Shown here one piece after another: positions 47,664 to 61,140 of a stretch of DNA of 64,000 bases (positions are counted from its first letter, which is position 1; every line of letters starts with the position of its first letter). Position numbers and translations under genes: made by a program. The DNA is from Camelus dromedarius (Eukaryota), in NCBI RefSeq assembly GCF_036321535.1, contig NC_087437.1, positions 91,266,001-91,330,000 on the forward strand, given 5' to 3'. Under the pieces are notes generated by a model, which saw only the letters and a list, made by a program, of their open reading frames with translations, was not told the origin of the DNA and did no database searches.

Positions 47664-50179
47664 GTAGTACATATGTATTTTTCATATGATTTTTTTGTCC
47701 GCACCACAATTTCATATGACACATGACACTGTTCTTGACAATTCACCGTGGTCTTTTATCAGTAATCTTAAGCAATCGATTGCTCCTCTAGCTTTTACTG
47801 GATTCTAGTGCTGGAAAGTGCAAGGAAATAGGATAAAAAACAAACATTGTGTTATTTCTGAGAGTTTGTGAAAGTTTGATGATGGCCAGAAGAATGTTAA
47901 TGGCCAGAACATTACCTGTGGCATGACACTATTAGGCGTGTGTTGGCAACTGCAGCTTGAGAAATATCAACTCTCAGGCTGACAAAAGAGATCAGAGAGA
48001 GGTTGGCAATTCAAAGGGAGAAAACAATTACCATGTGATAAGCTGAAATCAGGTGGGTGATAGGTAAGTCCTTATTATCAAGAGAAAGCAAATGTGTTTA
48101 ACCTTAATAATTTATGAGCTTATGTGTAGACAGACAATATGCATTTTTGTGTTACTGTAGCATAGCTGTTCCAGAATTATTTAATGGAGTTAAAACATTT
48201 GAGATGCCTTTATAACTTTCATTCTGAAGTTGGAGGATACTGAGTACAGATACAGAGAATTTTGAGCAACAGCCAGTTAAAATAATATGTACACTAAGAC
48301 CCATGATCAGGTTTTTTGTTATAAAAGGAACTTTCATTATTGAATAGGGTATTAGTTGCTGGAGTGAATGGGTGACAGGTAGAGCTATAATGTACTATTA
48401 TGATTAGACCACCTTTTATCTTTGAGGTGATAGGAAAGCTATGGGATAGGATGAATTCGAAATTAAATTTATTGTGTAGGAATCCAAATGTTCATAAAAG
48501 TTGGAGGGTTTTCAGCAATCTCTTGTACTTCCCATGTGAATCCTTGTTCTAGGCCCATGTATCATAGATTTTTATGTATTTAAGATTACTTTTTCAGATC
48601 AATGGCCACCTCAAATTCCTGGAGACATGTTATGAATGGTTCATGGAAAATTATTTAGGAAATGGACAAATAAACCTGTAGAAAATCGGGGTGGGTCTTT
48701 CTGATTAATGTATGCAAATGGTCTTTCTGGTAGAATAGAGCCTCTGAGCTCTGATCTATATGCACATCAAAAAATAACCTTTACTTTTTAATGGGTATAA
48801 TTAATTTGTATAAGAAAATAGGGCTTCTTCAAATCAATCTAACTTTCTAGTATTTGGATCTCCTTCGAGAGATAACATAAAAAATAACTATTGCTTTCTC
48901 TTAAACTCAAAAGGAATTTTTCCATCAGTTTCCCATGCTACAAAAAGATTAACAACTTTGAAAAATTTCTTTTAAAACAATGACTTGACTACTGACAAAC
49001 GGAAGTCAGATTACTAACCACAGTAATTCTGTGAGACAAATCATATGCTAATCATCTATGTCATTATTTGTCATCATATTTTAAGGGAAACTCATACAAA
49101 AGAACTGTCTTATTCTATGTTCTACACTAAAAACAAAACAAGCAAACAAAAACAAACAAAAAATATAGATGTTAAAGAAGGGAAAGTGAGAGTTTTGTTG
49201 AAGATTTAAGAGGCATATCAAATTGGTCCAATGAATGATGGGCATATGTTTCTGAAAATCAGTAAATATAACTTTTTTGGAAACTAGAAGAGTTTAAATC
49301 ATGGGTTTGAATGAGATCACTTAGGATTTGTGAGTGAGAAGGAAACAACTGTCGTTAGTAAGAATTATTCTAGTAAAAATAGCTTCTTTGAGTAATTAAA
49401 AAAGAGAGAAAAGTTTATTAGGAGAAAATTGGGAGATTTTACTAATACATGGAGTCCATCACACCGGGAGAGTTGGGCAATGTCCCAGAATAGACTTACA
49501 ATAAGAGTGGCATACAGTCACAAATTACTATCTGTTCTCTCATTTGTATATCCTAATGCACCATCAATTAATATGGGAAGCCAGAAATGAACCATTCACC
49601 TGTCTGTTCTTCTTGCTATTCCACTTAAGGTATCTATGGTATGAAATGCAACTGCCAACTGAAAAGTTTTAAGTTCAACGTTGTATATGTGATCATGTAA
49701 AATCAATAAAATTTCCATGTTTGAGGGAATATGTTTCTATCAGAAATCTATTAAAAACATAACAAACAAATAACATTCTAAATTAACTGGTGGCATGATT
49801 GGAAGAAAAATATTAAAATGTTTCTATACACAAATGCTAGGCCATACAATTCTATTTCACCATGAGAAATTGAACCCAGACCTTTGCATAGGACTGAAAA
49901 GAAAATTTAATTATGCCTGTCCACCAGAGTAATCCCAGTTTGATCATATTTTGCCTTGCTTGTAATTGATGTTTGGCTTCTATAAGACCAGGCAACTGCA
50001 GTATTAACCAAGTTATTTTCCATAGTGCAACTCAGAAAACTAAGGCAGTACCTTGGAGAGCATGACAGAATCTGAACAGATAACCCAGAAAGGAACCTAG
50101 ACTACATATTCAAGAATTAAAAATGACATCGTAGTAGCCTTTGAAGTAGGATTTCTGAGAACAGTCCGTGAATTCAGAA

Positions 50180-50360
50180 AAACTTATACTGAGATTCCAA
50201 CAATGAAACTTATTACTTGTGTGACTTTAAGCTTGTCATTTATTCTCCTGAAACCTCAGCTTCCTCATCTATATAACTGAAGTCTAATGAACACTTTATT
50301 CTGAGGAATAAAGAGATGGTACTCATGAGGACCCTGAAAGGTGGATGATATTAAATGTTA
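50180..50360 (+). mobile_element. MIR SINE
   Basis: tgtgtgacttt..gtcattta..ctgaaacctcagcttcctcatctata. Confidence 0.7.
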
Positions 50361-52259
50361 GCCACCCAACTCTTCCTAAGAAAGTTACTCTTAGTAAACT
50401 GAATACACTAACATAAACTGAAGGCACTGAATATTGTGGATTTGTATGTGTGTCTGTGTGTTTGTGTGTAAACAATCATTTTCTCACCCATCAGGGAAAA
50501 AAAATGCTATTTGAAATGTATCAAAAGCATTTGCCTCCAATATATTCATTCAGTATTTACAGTTAGGTAAGACACTTCTAAAGAAATTACTTCAGCTTGA
50601 TATATGATTTCACATTTTTAACTATCTATCATGACCAAATGTAGAAGGAAGATTTTTTTAAAAACTCAAAATCTTATTTGATCAGTAAGACAGAATTATT
50701 CTTTCTGAAAAGCACTGTTTTTGGCACATGAGAACATCTTAAATGATGTGCAAGAGGCTTAATGTTTTGAAAGGCCCTTGGATATCTGCCATATCACATT
50801 TTTCAGTGGCGTTGGAAATAAATCAATTTATGATTCTCACGGATGAACACTCTAGTTTACTTTAGCATATATGCAATTAATTCTTTAAACAAAGGTTATT
50901 TGACATATTCCTTTCTTTTTCTTTCTTTTAATGATATTTAAGAACTGATAGCAGTCCCTCCTTCTACAAGGGCACTGCCCTGTGTCTTTCCATATTGACA
51001 GGCAGCTTCGCAATACTACTGATGTAACATAAGGGTCACTAAAATACCATCTGGCAACCTGGAGGAATTGACCTTGTTCAACACAAATTTTATCTGAGAA
51101 TCAGTTAATTCTCCAGTGTGTGTCTGCAGTGTCCTCCCGTCTATCCAAACAAACACAGGACAGTGAAGTCTTACTTGAAATTAAAGGTGAGAGAATATTG
51201 TTGGGAAGTCATGGTAAAGCTTGAAAAAACACTAAAAACTACTTATTGCGAGTAATATGAAACACATTTAAAAGAAAGGGAACTATATTATGCGTTGAGA
51301 ATGGAAGAGAGTTTATTATTTATCAAGCACTGTGACTTAATCAGTGCTGTTAGTAATATGCACCTCTTTTGCTCCATAACATTAAATGAAACCAAACTCA
51401 TATATCCTTACTGTATTCTAGCCAAAAAAAAAAAAAAAAAATACAATAGATGAGACAAAAGCTTTTTATCTACTTGATTTGTCTTTTTCTATCTCGGTAA
51501 GTACATGATTTGCTTGTAAGAAATACACTGCATTGGATCATTGAAGTGAGAATTCATTTTGTTAATATGGGAGGCAACATTATAGTGTGGTCTTAGGCAA
51601 AATTCTTTGTTAAGTATCGGGAACTCTATTAACCACCTGCAGAGTGGTGAATATACCCAGCATTTATCATCAAAGCCTATCACATCACAAATGAACACAT
51701 GACAGGAAACCCCTCAAATCCCTAACAGCACATAGATTAAATGCTAGTAAGAAAATAAAAGTTGTTACTGTCATACAAAATCACCCCAAAATAAGAAGTA
51801 GCACAAACTGCCATGTTACTTTTTGGTATATATATATATATTTTTTCAAAGTTACTTTTTATGTGCTTTTCTTATGACAGTTCCTGCCATAGAACCACAT
51901 GTCTATACTTTAATCACTGTAAATTTTTTTTGTTTCATCATTCATTTTATTTCAATGTTAAGAATTCTGGGATCTGAAGCTTTTATTCCTGAAAAACTCC
52001 ACTATTACCTGCCTCTACTTGTGCACCAACATCACCTATATCATGTGGTTCATTATTCTTCAGACTTGCAGATCCTTCTTCTAAACAAACCTCACATCAC
52101 CTTGGCTCTGCTACTGCCATCGTTATTGCTGATGGCACACCTGGTAGGGTTTTAATCACTTGGAAATGCTCCAGTCTTTTCATCCCCAAATTATTCTTGT
52201 GCAAAATGTGCTGTCTCTGACCCGTAATGTGTGCATGGAGATATCTCTGCTTCTACAGG

Positions 52260-52395
52260 TCCCATGCATTTATTGGGTGAGTACATGTGGAGCCCTTCTT
52301 TTGTTGGTCAGTAACAGTGTAAAGTACCTAACGTGTAGAGGAAGCAGCCTCTTCCCTCAGGGAGCTCACAGTTGATCGAGATGACACATAGAATC
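52260..52395 (-). mobile_element. L2 3' end (a degraded L2 on + lies at about 51990-52250)
   Basis: gcatttattgggtg...cttccctcagggagctcacagt. Confidence 0.55.
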
Positions 52396-52762
52396 ATGTA
52401 TGCTCGGCCTTTCACTTTCTGAAAAATATGCCGATAATCTGGTCTCTGTCCCATTTTCTCCTGAAAGTAGACATGCTAAGTAGTATACTTTAGAATTGTG
52501 GACGTTGATATACACAATTATAAATACCAGAGTTGATAAGGCACATTGTATTTCTTTCCTTCCACCTGTATAATTCCTCTCTATTCTTTATGTCTATATT
52601 TAAATAATGTGTCCCTATGAAAATGTGGAGAATGTAACATATGCTTTATCCTTATGCTTACATAGGTTAGGGAAGACCCAGCATTTATCATCTACCTTTG
52701 TAAGTTTAAATTGTTAAATTGATTTAGAGACATTTTATCACTCCAGTCCTCAGCGCAGAAGC

Positions 52763-53199
52763 TGTGAAAATTAATAAGGGGAACCTCATTTAAAGTAGAA
52801 TCAGAAAGCCCTGAAAGGAGGAACTCTCACACAGGTACCTTCCCTTGAAGCTTACTTTACATTCCCAGGTAGGAAGCAGCTTTTTTACTACCTCAGAAGG
52901 AAGAAGGCAGATTTTCGCCTTGCCCAGCAACAGAACAGCCAATGAGAAAATGCAACAAATCAGTCAGTGAGAAACCATCACCATTCTAAACTCCTGCTTT
53001 CTTTCAATGGAATTTCCTTCAAAACAACTCCTCCAGTCTTCCTCCTTTTATCTATAAAGCAACATTTCTCTCCTTTGTCCCCTAGACTTGCCTATGTTTT
53101 TGCCATAGTTTACATGTCCATAATTGCAACTCCTCTGTCATTCTCAGATAAACTCATTTTGCTAGTAAAATAACTGGCCATTTTATTTTAAGGTTGACA
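52763..53199 (+). mobile_element. ERV1-class solo LTR (MER34/MER39-like)
   Basis: TG...CA termini (tgtgaaaa...aaggttgaca), CCAAT at 52939-52943, TATAAA at 53053-53058, decayed poly(A) signal gataaa near 53147. Confidence 0.8.
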
Positions 53200-53400
53200 G
53201 ATCAATAGTCTAAAGTCTGTATTTTCTCATAATTTTAAACATTAAATTTTCACATAAAGTGTGTACTCTATTAACTTCTGTTTTATAACAGGAAAATTGT
53301 GACTCTGAAAGCAAAAATAACAGTTGCTTAAAGGCACAGGTTATGATGGTCTGGATCTTGGTGTACTAGGTAGAAGCTCCTTCCAACTCACAATATTTTT

Positions 53401-53842
53401 TTAATTCTTTTTTTATTGAAGTATAGTTAGTTTACAATGTATGTTTATTTCTGGCATATAGAATAGTGATTCAGTTTTCTCTGTTTGTATTCTTTTTATT
53501 ATAGGCTGTTAAGAGATGGTGAGTATAGTTCCCTGGGGTATATAGTAGGATCTTGTTGTATATTTTATATATAATAGATAGTATCTGCAAATTACAAGCT
53601 CCCAATTTATCCCTCCACCCCTGGTAACCATAATTTTATTTTGTATGTCTGTGAGCCTGTTTTCTGTTTTGTAAATAAGTTCATTTGTGTCATTTTTTTT
53701 TAGATTCCACATGTAAGTGATATCATATGGCATTTTTCTTTCTCTTTCTAACTTAGGTCACTTAGTATGACAATCTTCAAGTCCATCCATGTAGCTGCAA
53801 ATGTCATTATTTTTTCTTTTATGGCTGAGTAGTATTCCATTG
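53401..53842 (-). mobile_element. Artiodactyl-type L1 3' end
   Basis: ttttattgaagtatagttagtttacaatg...ttagattccacatgtaagtgatatcatatgg...atggctgagtagtattccattg; diverged TSD acaatattttt / acagtattgtt. Confidence 0.9.
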
Positions 53843-54570
53843 ACAGTATTGTTGTTTTGAAGATGATATAAATATATATCATTTGAACTTTTACAGAGGT
53901 AATGTACCCTCTTCTAATACTAGCATAAAAACTAAGAAATGATGAATTATGATGCAGAAAAATCCTGTTATTAACATGCTTTGTTATTGCATTTTTGGGA
54001 AGTATTGTAAATCAAATTGTATCTTGTTTCATAGTGGGTATAAATGATTTAACAGCACAATGCCACGTGGTTGCCCCAAGGAAGACATAGAGGAGTAACT
54101 CATAGGAAGTGCCCCAAAATTTAATAATGTCTGCAAAATAAAGAGGCTTTTCTCTCACTGGACTCAATCAGGAAAAAAATTGCTTTTTTAATGCTAAAAA
54201 CCAAAAACAGATAAAACTTCTGCACCTTTGTTGCATAAGAAATGTGAGAAAAAGGTAAAGCAATATACTCATAGCAAAGTCATTCTTGGGACAGAACAGG
54301 TGCCTGGCATTTTTCTATGTAAAAGATACCACTGCATATTAAAAATGCAAAGATATATAGAACCATAGGAATGCAAATCATGAAAATAATTATACATTAA
54401 CAAACTACATATTTCTTATTTTAGTAGTACAATATACCAAGAATTTTAGCCATCCTTTCCCAAAAACTTGTTAGGTAATACCTCGTTCACTTTCATTATC
54501 CAAAAACATTTGGATAATAATTTGACCAGTTCAGTATTCAAGTCTCTAAAGAAATGATTAAACTGCCTGG

Positions 54571-54835
54571 TGTAGGGAGAATTTTCTGACCCCTTGTCAT
54601 TAGATGCAGGGCTGCTGGGTCGATGGTTGCATCTTGCTGCTATGTGTTCTCTGCTGTGGGCGAAGTTTTATTCCTCCTGAGTTATGCTCCAGCTTAGGTC
54701 TGCTGAGGAATATTCTCATTCCTGTGCATCTTCCTGGCATCTGCTACCAAAATCTGTGACTAGTCATTTCTGTCCTGTTTCTCTTGACTCAGGGCCTAGT
54801 GGTGTCCCTTTATGGCTGTTTAGCTGAGGTACACA
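54571..54835. mobile_element. Possible old LTR fragment
   Basis: Locally GC-richer block beginning tgtaggg and ending near tacaca; family not recognised. Confidence 0.3.
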
Positions 54836-57800
54836 ATACAAAATTATGTTCTCTGAGACACAGGAACTGCATAAGTAGATTCAGTTTAACAGGTTTAGCT
54901 GAGTTGTCCATATGTATAGGATAACCCTCATGTTTCTGATTTAATGGAATATTTTTTGTACAATAAAAGAATCCTGGGTGTATATATATATGTATTAAAT
55001 CTGTGTGTGTATGCTAAATGATTTTCATATATATTCTTATAAAAATTTATATATAAGTATTCACAAATCGGGAGAAAACTTTTAAATTCTTTTGTTCTTA
55101 CTTTTTAAATTTATTGCTGAATACCACAGTAAACAGTGTTAAATTAATCCTGCTGGATATCTTTTTGCACCAGTGCATTGCATCACGTCATGAAAAGCAT
55201 TTATTTTCATGCGTCAGTTTTATCTAAATAGGGATGATTTCAGTCATTTTTTCTCAGGAAAATCTTCATAACAGTGGCAAATGCTTTAATATACTAAATG
55301 CCCAACAATATTAATGTTGTAATTATCGAAGACTTGTAGAGGTAATGAGCTAAAGTGTTGGCAAAATTTGTGAAATGAAAGCCTGATTTTTGGACATGGG
55401 ATCCATCTCCCCACAGAAACACATATCGAAAAGCTCAGTTGTTGTAAATCCCTGTTAGTAGGGCATCCAGCAACATTTCCCCTTGGCTGGCAGTTTATGT
55501 GGGATTCAGCTGTATGTCCTGAATGCTTTGAGTCCTCATAATCATATTATGTCTGCTCTTGCTCGTTCTGGAACTGGCAGCCTCAGACATGGTGAATTGA
55601 TTTTCAGTTGGCTGTTCACTATTTTATTTCTGGAAGGGAAGTTAGTTGACTAGCCCTTGATAATAGAAAACATACCCTCCCCAATTTTAAAGTCAGGTTC
55701 TTTACTTTCAGTTCCTTATGGGGAATTTTCTTACAAGGAAATATTTTTTAAAATTAAAATACTTTTTAAAAGTATTTTACCTTTAAAATCACATTACAAA
55801 TTCGTATTAATCATGAGCTCTGTTTTGAAGATTCGAGGGTTAATTAGAAGCCTAGAAGCCTTAAAAATAAAATAATAACAATATCATACTCAGTTGATAT
55901 TTTAAAATAGAAAATTTGCACTTAAAATATCTTTTATGAGGTTTTTAAAATATTTAATTATTTATTCTCACAGCTCTCTAGACGCTATATACAGTGCTAT
56001 GAAAACAAACAAAATTGATAGTAGACAATATTAAAGTTTAGTACTTTCCTCTTCATTATATCTTGATCTTCATTCCTCTCAGTCTCGACTTGAGCCAACT
56101 TTAAAGAACACCTTCTTTTCACCAACCAGGCCATTGCCAGAAGATACTTATTAAGGTGTTAGACAATAAGGAGAAGTCCAAGAGTAATAGGAAAGTAAAT
56201 ATGTTTTCGGTCTCACTGTACCACTAACGGTCCTTGAGATCAAGGAAATATATATGTATATGCTAGCGTGTAATATATTAGGTACTCTAATATAGGTCTT
56301 CCTTAAAAGTAGGACTACCCAAGACAGTCACAGAACCTAGCTTGTGGAGCCAAGCAAGGTTAACAGTGGAAATGCTATTTGAGCTGAGTCTTCAGGAGTC
56401 CATGGGGAAATTACACATAAACAGAAGTAAAATTTTAGGCTGTGGTAAGATGGAAATAACCTTTATGTTTTTCACTTAAGAATTTTGATTTTTTTCAAAA
56501 AATCAGCAGACAAATAACTACTTAAAATGACATGGAATGATCAGTTTTGATCTTTTATACCTCTGGAAGTGGTATAGAGAATGAGTAGAAGGTAAAAATT
56601 ATCAAGGAGACACTTTCTATGTTGCTTCAATGATCTAAGTAAAAAAGGATTATAAGATTATGCTTCATCTTATGTTAATACATTTTTAGCAAATGTTTTC
56701 TGTTTTCATGACAGTGGTGTTTTAACTTCTTCATGAAGACTTCTCTAGTCTTTCTGCCAGTAAAGGTATTACAGATTTTGAATCCTAATACAGATTCCTG
56801 TAATTGGTACTGCTCTGATTACACGTTAGCTTTTTGTATGCTGTTTGATCTCTGTAACTTGACGATACATATATCCCTTATACCACATAGCAGAATGTCA
56901 AGTACATATTTTATATTCAATAGTAAACATATAGATTACTGAGAATTAATTATTGAACGTTTGTCACCAAAGTATAGTTTTAGTGTGATGTATTCTGTGT
57001 TTTAGTAAAAACACTGATAAAACTACAACTGAAAGAAAAATATGTTCAAAAGCAAAAGACAAATTTAATGGCCCTTTAATCTATTTTCTAATGGACTCAA
57101 GATTTTTGATTTGTACAAAAACATATCCCATCAGGAGAATTAATAATTATAGTATCACGACAACATCATAATCATTATCAAAATAAGAAACTCAGACAAC
57201 CACGAATCATAAAAAGTCTGGTCATTGTAAATTTATGAACAAAAAATTTTCATAAGTTGTTACGTAAGAGTCTACTTTAATTTTTTTTTTAATTTCTCTC
57301 TATCAGGGGAAAAATAGTAAATGATGGAATTGCTTACATCAGGATATAGCTATTATTTTTTTCTTTTACTCATTTAAAACTTGAATAAACTATGTTTTTA
57401 TTGATGGAAATTTTATTTGTGCAATAACTAGAAATCACACTTCACAGTCAAACTGGGAGTGATTAAATCATAAAGCTCGAATGGAGGGAGAACAGTAGAG
57501 TTAGCCTTGGACAAAATAAAAATCCCACTATTCATTTATTCTGTCTGGAAAATTAAAAATTTGTGATTTTGTTTCCTGTGATTTGTGGTAACACCAAGCA
57601 ATTGGGAGGAAAATAAATTTTAAAACATTTTCACTCCTCAAAGCTGATTTTATGTCACTTTAAAGGAGGTTCCCGTATTTTATTTAGAGAGTGATTCAAA
57701 CCACCAAAATCTTGTCTACAGAAAACTCAATTAGCCTTAATACATGAGTTCAGAAAGAAAAATTGGGCAATGTATCAAACTGTGAAACACTGAAATCTCC

Positions 57801-57918
57801 ATATATGGTATCCAGTAACTGATGTTTTAAAATGAAGATGAAAGCAAATGAGAATTTGGAACCACTTAAATGCTGCTTTAAAATAAATATGTACTTTTTG
57901 GCAGTATTTCTCATGCTA

Positions 57919-57968
57919 TTTTTTTTTTTCCTTTTTTTCTTTCTTTCTTTCTTTTTTTTTTTTTTTTT
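57919..57968 (+). repeat. 50-nt T-rich polypyrimidine tract (T-runs plus (TTTC)n)
   Basis: T11, cc, T7, then cttt x3, c and a final T17. Confidence 0.9.
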
Positions 57969-59460
57969 AACATACTACCCACTCTACAGGTTGGTATATG
58001 CTTCCCTAGATCAAATTTTATCTGATGAATAATGTTCATTCAACTAGAGACTCAAATGCATAAAAATGAGATTAGCATAATGCAAATTATCTCTTACAAT
58101 GATCCCCCAAATGTGCAACTTAGAGAATTTTAACATAGTGATGTGTGGGACCAGAGAGGAGAAGACTACCTTCCAACATCAGCAAAGCTCATCACATATC
58201 TCAGTCCTGAGTATACAGTAGAGAATGTCTAAAGTGAGCAAAAATATTAGTTGGTCTGATGAGTAACTAGAAAACTCCTTTATATAACAACATCCCTGGA
58301 GTCCAGTCTTTTATATATGCTTAAAGATGCATAAATCAGTATATCCTCTTGGTAGTTTTCTTCAGGAATTGATTTATTAAATCATTCAATTTTACAGTTT
58401 ATAGGCTTTTACATTCAAGACAGGGTAATGAAATCCTCTTCCCACATTTGAAAAGCTATTAGGTTTTTTTAATGCTGTTGAACCAACATCAGTCTAGAAA
58501 TATACTAGAACAAGTTTCACTTTGAACACTTTATACAACAGATAGTAGGGGTAATCTGATCGTTATGACTTATCATTTCCCATGTATGCTGACCTCCTAA
58601 TGAAACAGACTATTAGGTGGAGAATTCTATATGGAATCTGCTTTTGATTTGGTGTATATATTTTAAATAGCTAATTGCTAAAGCATATGTTTACCTATTT
58701 TTATATAGAAGGATAATAATTCATTTTTCATTGCAGTTTGACATATTTTAATGTTTTATTCTCATAGAATTTTAGATAAAATTAAAATGTAAGATAGAGT
58801 ACTGTATTTCAAATGGCTTTATCAGGCCAGCCTGTCATCATTCCAACTAAAAATTAAGCCAACAAAGAGGATTTATCAGCAGTGTACCCCATAACTCTTG
58901 ATAATGTGATATACATGAGATAATTATTTTAATAGATACACTATAATTAATTCGATGGGAATATTTTCATGAGCAAATTATACATGGAACTTTGCAGAAA
59001 AGAAGAAATGATGAAAAAAGAAGAGGGAATAAGAACAAAATGTGAAGAGAAGCAAAGAAAAAAGGAAGCTATAAGACCATAATGTTATAATTCTACTTCC
59101 TTCCTTCTATAAAGGGAAAAATATTCCTTTAGGAACTGTTTTTCTACATTGTATTTAAAAATGATTGCCTCAGTTTTTAAAACAATTATTTCATATATTA
59201 TATTCAATATACTCATTATTACATGAAAATCCACCTTAGACTAAAAAAGCAGGTTCAAAAGTGTAAGGTGAAAATGCATCATGCAGTGCTTCAGTTAAAA
59301 TCATCCAAGTGATAATGAATTATATCTTCCATTGGAAAAGGTTTGTTCTCAAATGTTTGTTTCTATGGTATAAAGATGTAGCCTACATTCTGTTTTTCCC
59401 AAAAAGTAAGTCCAAAATATTTCCGATCTGCTGACCAAAGATTTGCTTTAATCCTGATTT

Positions 59461-59585
59461 TAGTGAGTACCGCCAAGGGGAGGGGTTTTAGGGGATGGTA
59501 TAGGGTAGCCATAGAGTAGGAGTCTGAAATACTGTGTGCAAGGACTCTGGCCTGCTTTATTTAAGGTACCCTGGCAGCACCATTT
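59461..59585. mobile_element. Putative hAT-type MITE with G-rich interior
   Basis: Imperfect terminal inverted repeats gtaccgccaaggg ... ccctggcagcac bracket a GC-rich island of about 120 bp. Confidence 0.35.
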
Positions 59586-60867
59586 CAGTAAACATTTATG
59601 ACAGGGCTGTTGTAAAGAATGATGGTTTCATTTGATCATCTCTATATGGTGTAGGTGGTGTAGGCTTGAAGCAATGAAGCTTGGTAAACATGTTTTATTA
59701 CCTGGAAATGTTTCTGTACTTTTAAAGTAAAACTAACAATGTTTAAAATGAGAATGATCTTTCTAACCTGTCCTGAAGAGCAAATGAAATATAATCACTA
59801 AGATGATTTTGATCTTGGACTGCTCAGAAGAAATGCTGCTACCTAATGGGTCATTTTTTTTAACATAGCTTATGCCTGAAATTAAGTTTGCAAGCTATAC
59901 TGCAAAGAAATCTAGTTGGATGACAATCACATGTTGAAAAGCTTCATTTTGCAGCATGTGATTAAATTTAATAATACAGAAAGTAGATTAATCAGGGTAG
60001 TTACGGTGATAGATCAGAAATATCTGTGCAGAGTAGCATTTTCCTATATTAAATATACTACCAGTAGAATAAACCTGTGTCCCATATGAAACTCTCATAT
60101 AATAGAAAATCAACATTGGGTATGTGTCAAATACCTGCAATAATATACATACCCACTTCATTTTTTATTTAAATACAGTTGAATGAGCTATTCTTATGAA
60201 AATTTTATGTGAAATTCTAAGTATTTTTGTCATTATATATACTTATATTTCAGAAAATTTACCATACAGAGTAAGGTCTCTTCTGAAAGAAGATACGCAA
60301 ATCAAGGCTCTAGGTGCAAAGGGATAAAATGGACAATAATGTGAGATTGAAATATCTGCATTTTCTTTGCCAAATGACTTCAAGTAACACACTGACCACA
60401 TTGTTCCTGTGGTCAGTATCAGTGCTTTGTGTATGTGTTTTTCTTTTATATAATCTTCCTTTTTACCAAAAACATGCAGCTATTACTCAATCTTTGCTTC
60501 AAAGACAATGTTGAAATCTATTTCTACATTTCTTCCTGATTCTGATACGGATCACTGCCTACTGGAAGGGTCTACACATAAACAGTTTGCAGCAGGCAAC
60601 ATCATAATCCCTGCCTTCTTGGTTTTACCTCCATCTCATACACATATCAGGTTAATTATGTATCCCCCAAACATCAGAATGTAATCGAGGTTGCAGAAAA
60701 GCAGCAGCAGCAAAATGAGTCTCACTCTGTCTTCTAGTATGTGTACCAGCCAAAAAAGCAAGCCTTACATTCAATTTCACTTTAAGTGGGCAGGTTCCCT
60801 TTGAAATAACTACACAATAAGGAGTAAATTACAAAGTGACCCCCCAAAATGGACACAGAAATGTTGA

Positions 60868-61004
60868 CTTTCAGTTGTACAATATAGTGATTCACAGTTT
60901 TTAAAGGTTATATTCCATTTATAGTTATTAGAAAATAGTGGCTTGTATTCCCTGTGTTGTACTGTATATCCTGTAGCATATTTATTTTATACATAGTGGT
61001 TTGT
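60868..61004 (-). mobile_element. L1 3'UTR fragment (laurasiatherian type)
   Basis: tagtgattcacagtttttaaaggttatattccatttatagttatta...tattccctgtgttgtac..tatatcc. Confidence 0.8.
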
Positions 61005-61064
61005 GGGATCTCTTGTTTTTAATTTTCCATTTTACCATTTTAAAGATGGTCCTACATCTTCGTA

Positions 61065-61140
61065 TTAGATTAACTTTTAGAGAGTTCTTCTAACTTCCTC
61101 AGACTTCAACTTTACATCTGTAAAATGAGGATGATCAGAT
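61065..61140 (+). mobile_element. MIR core fragment
   Basis: catctgtaaaatgaggatgat. Confidence 0.5.

Noticed and set aside
54000..54150. Minus-strand acceptor ctctttattttgcag with two open frames
   Set aside because: No plausible donor or recognisable peptide
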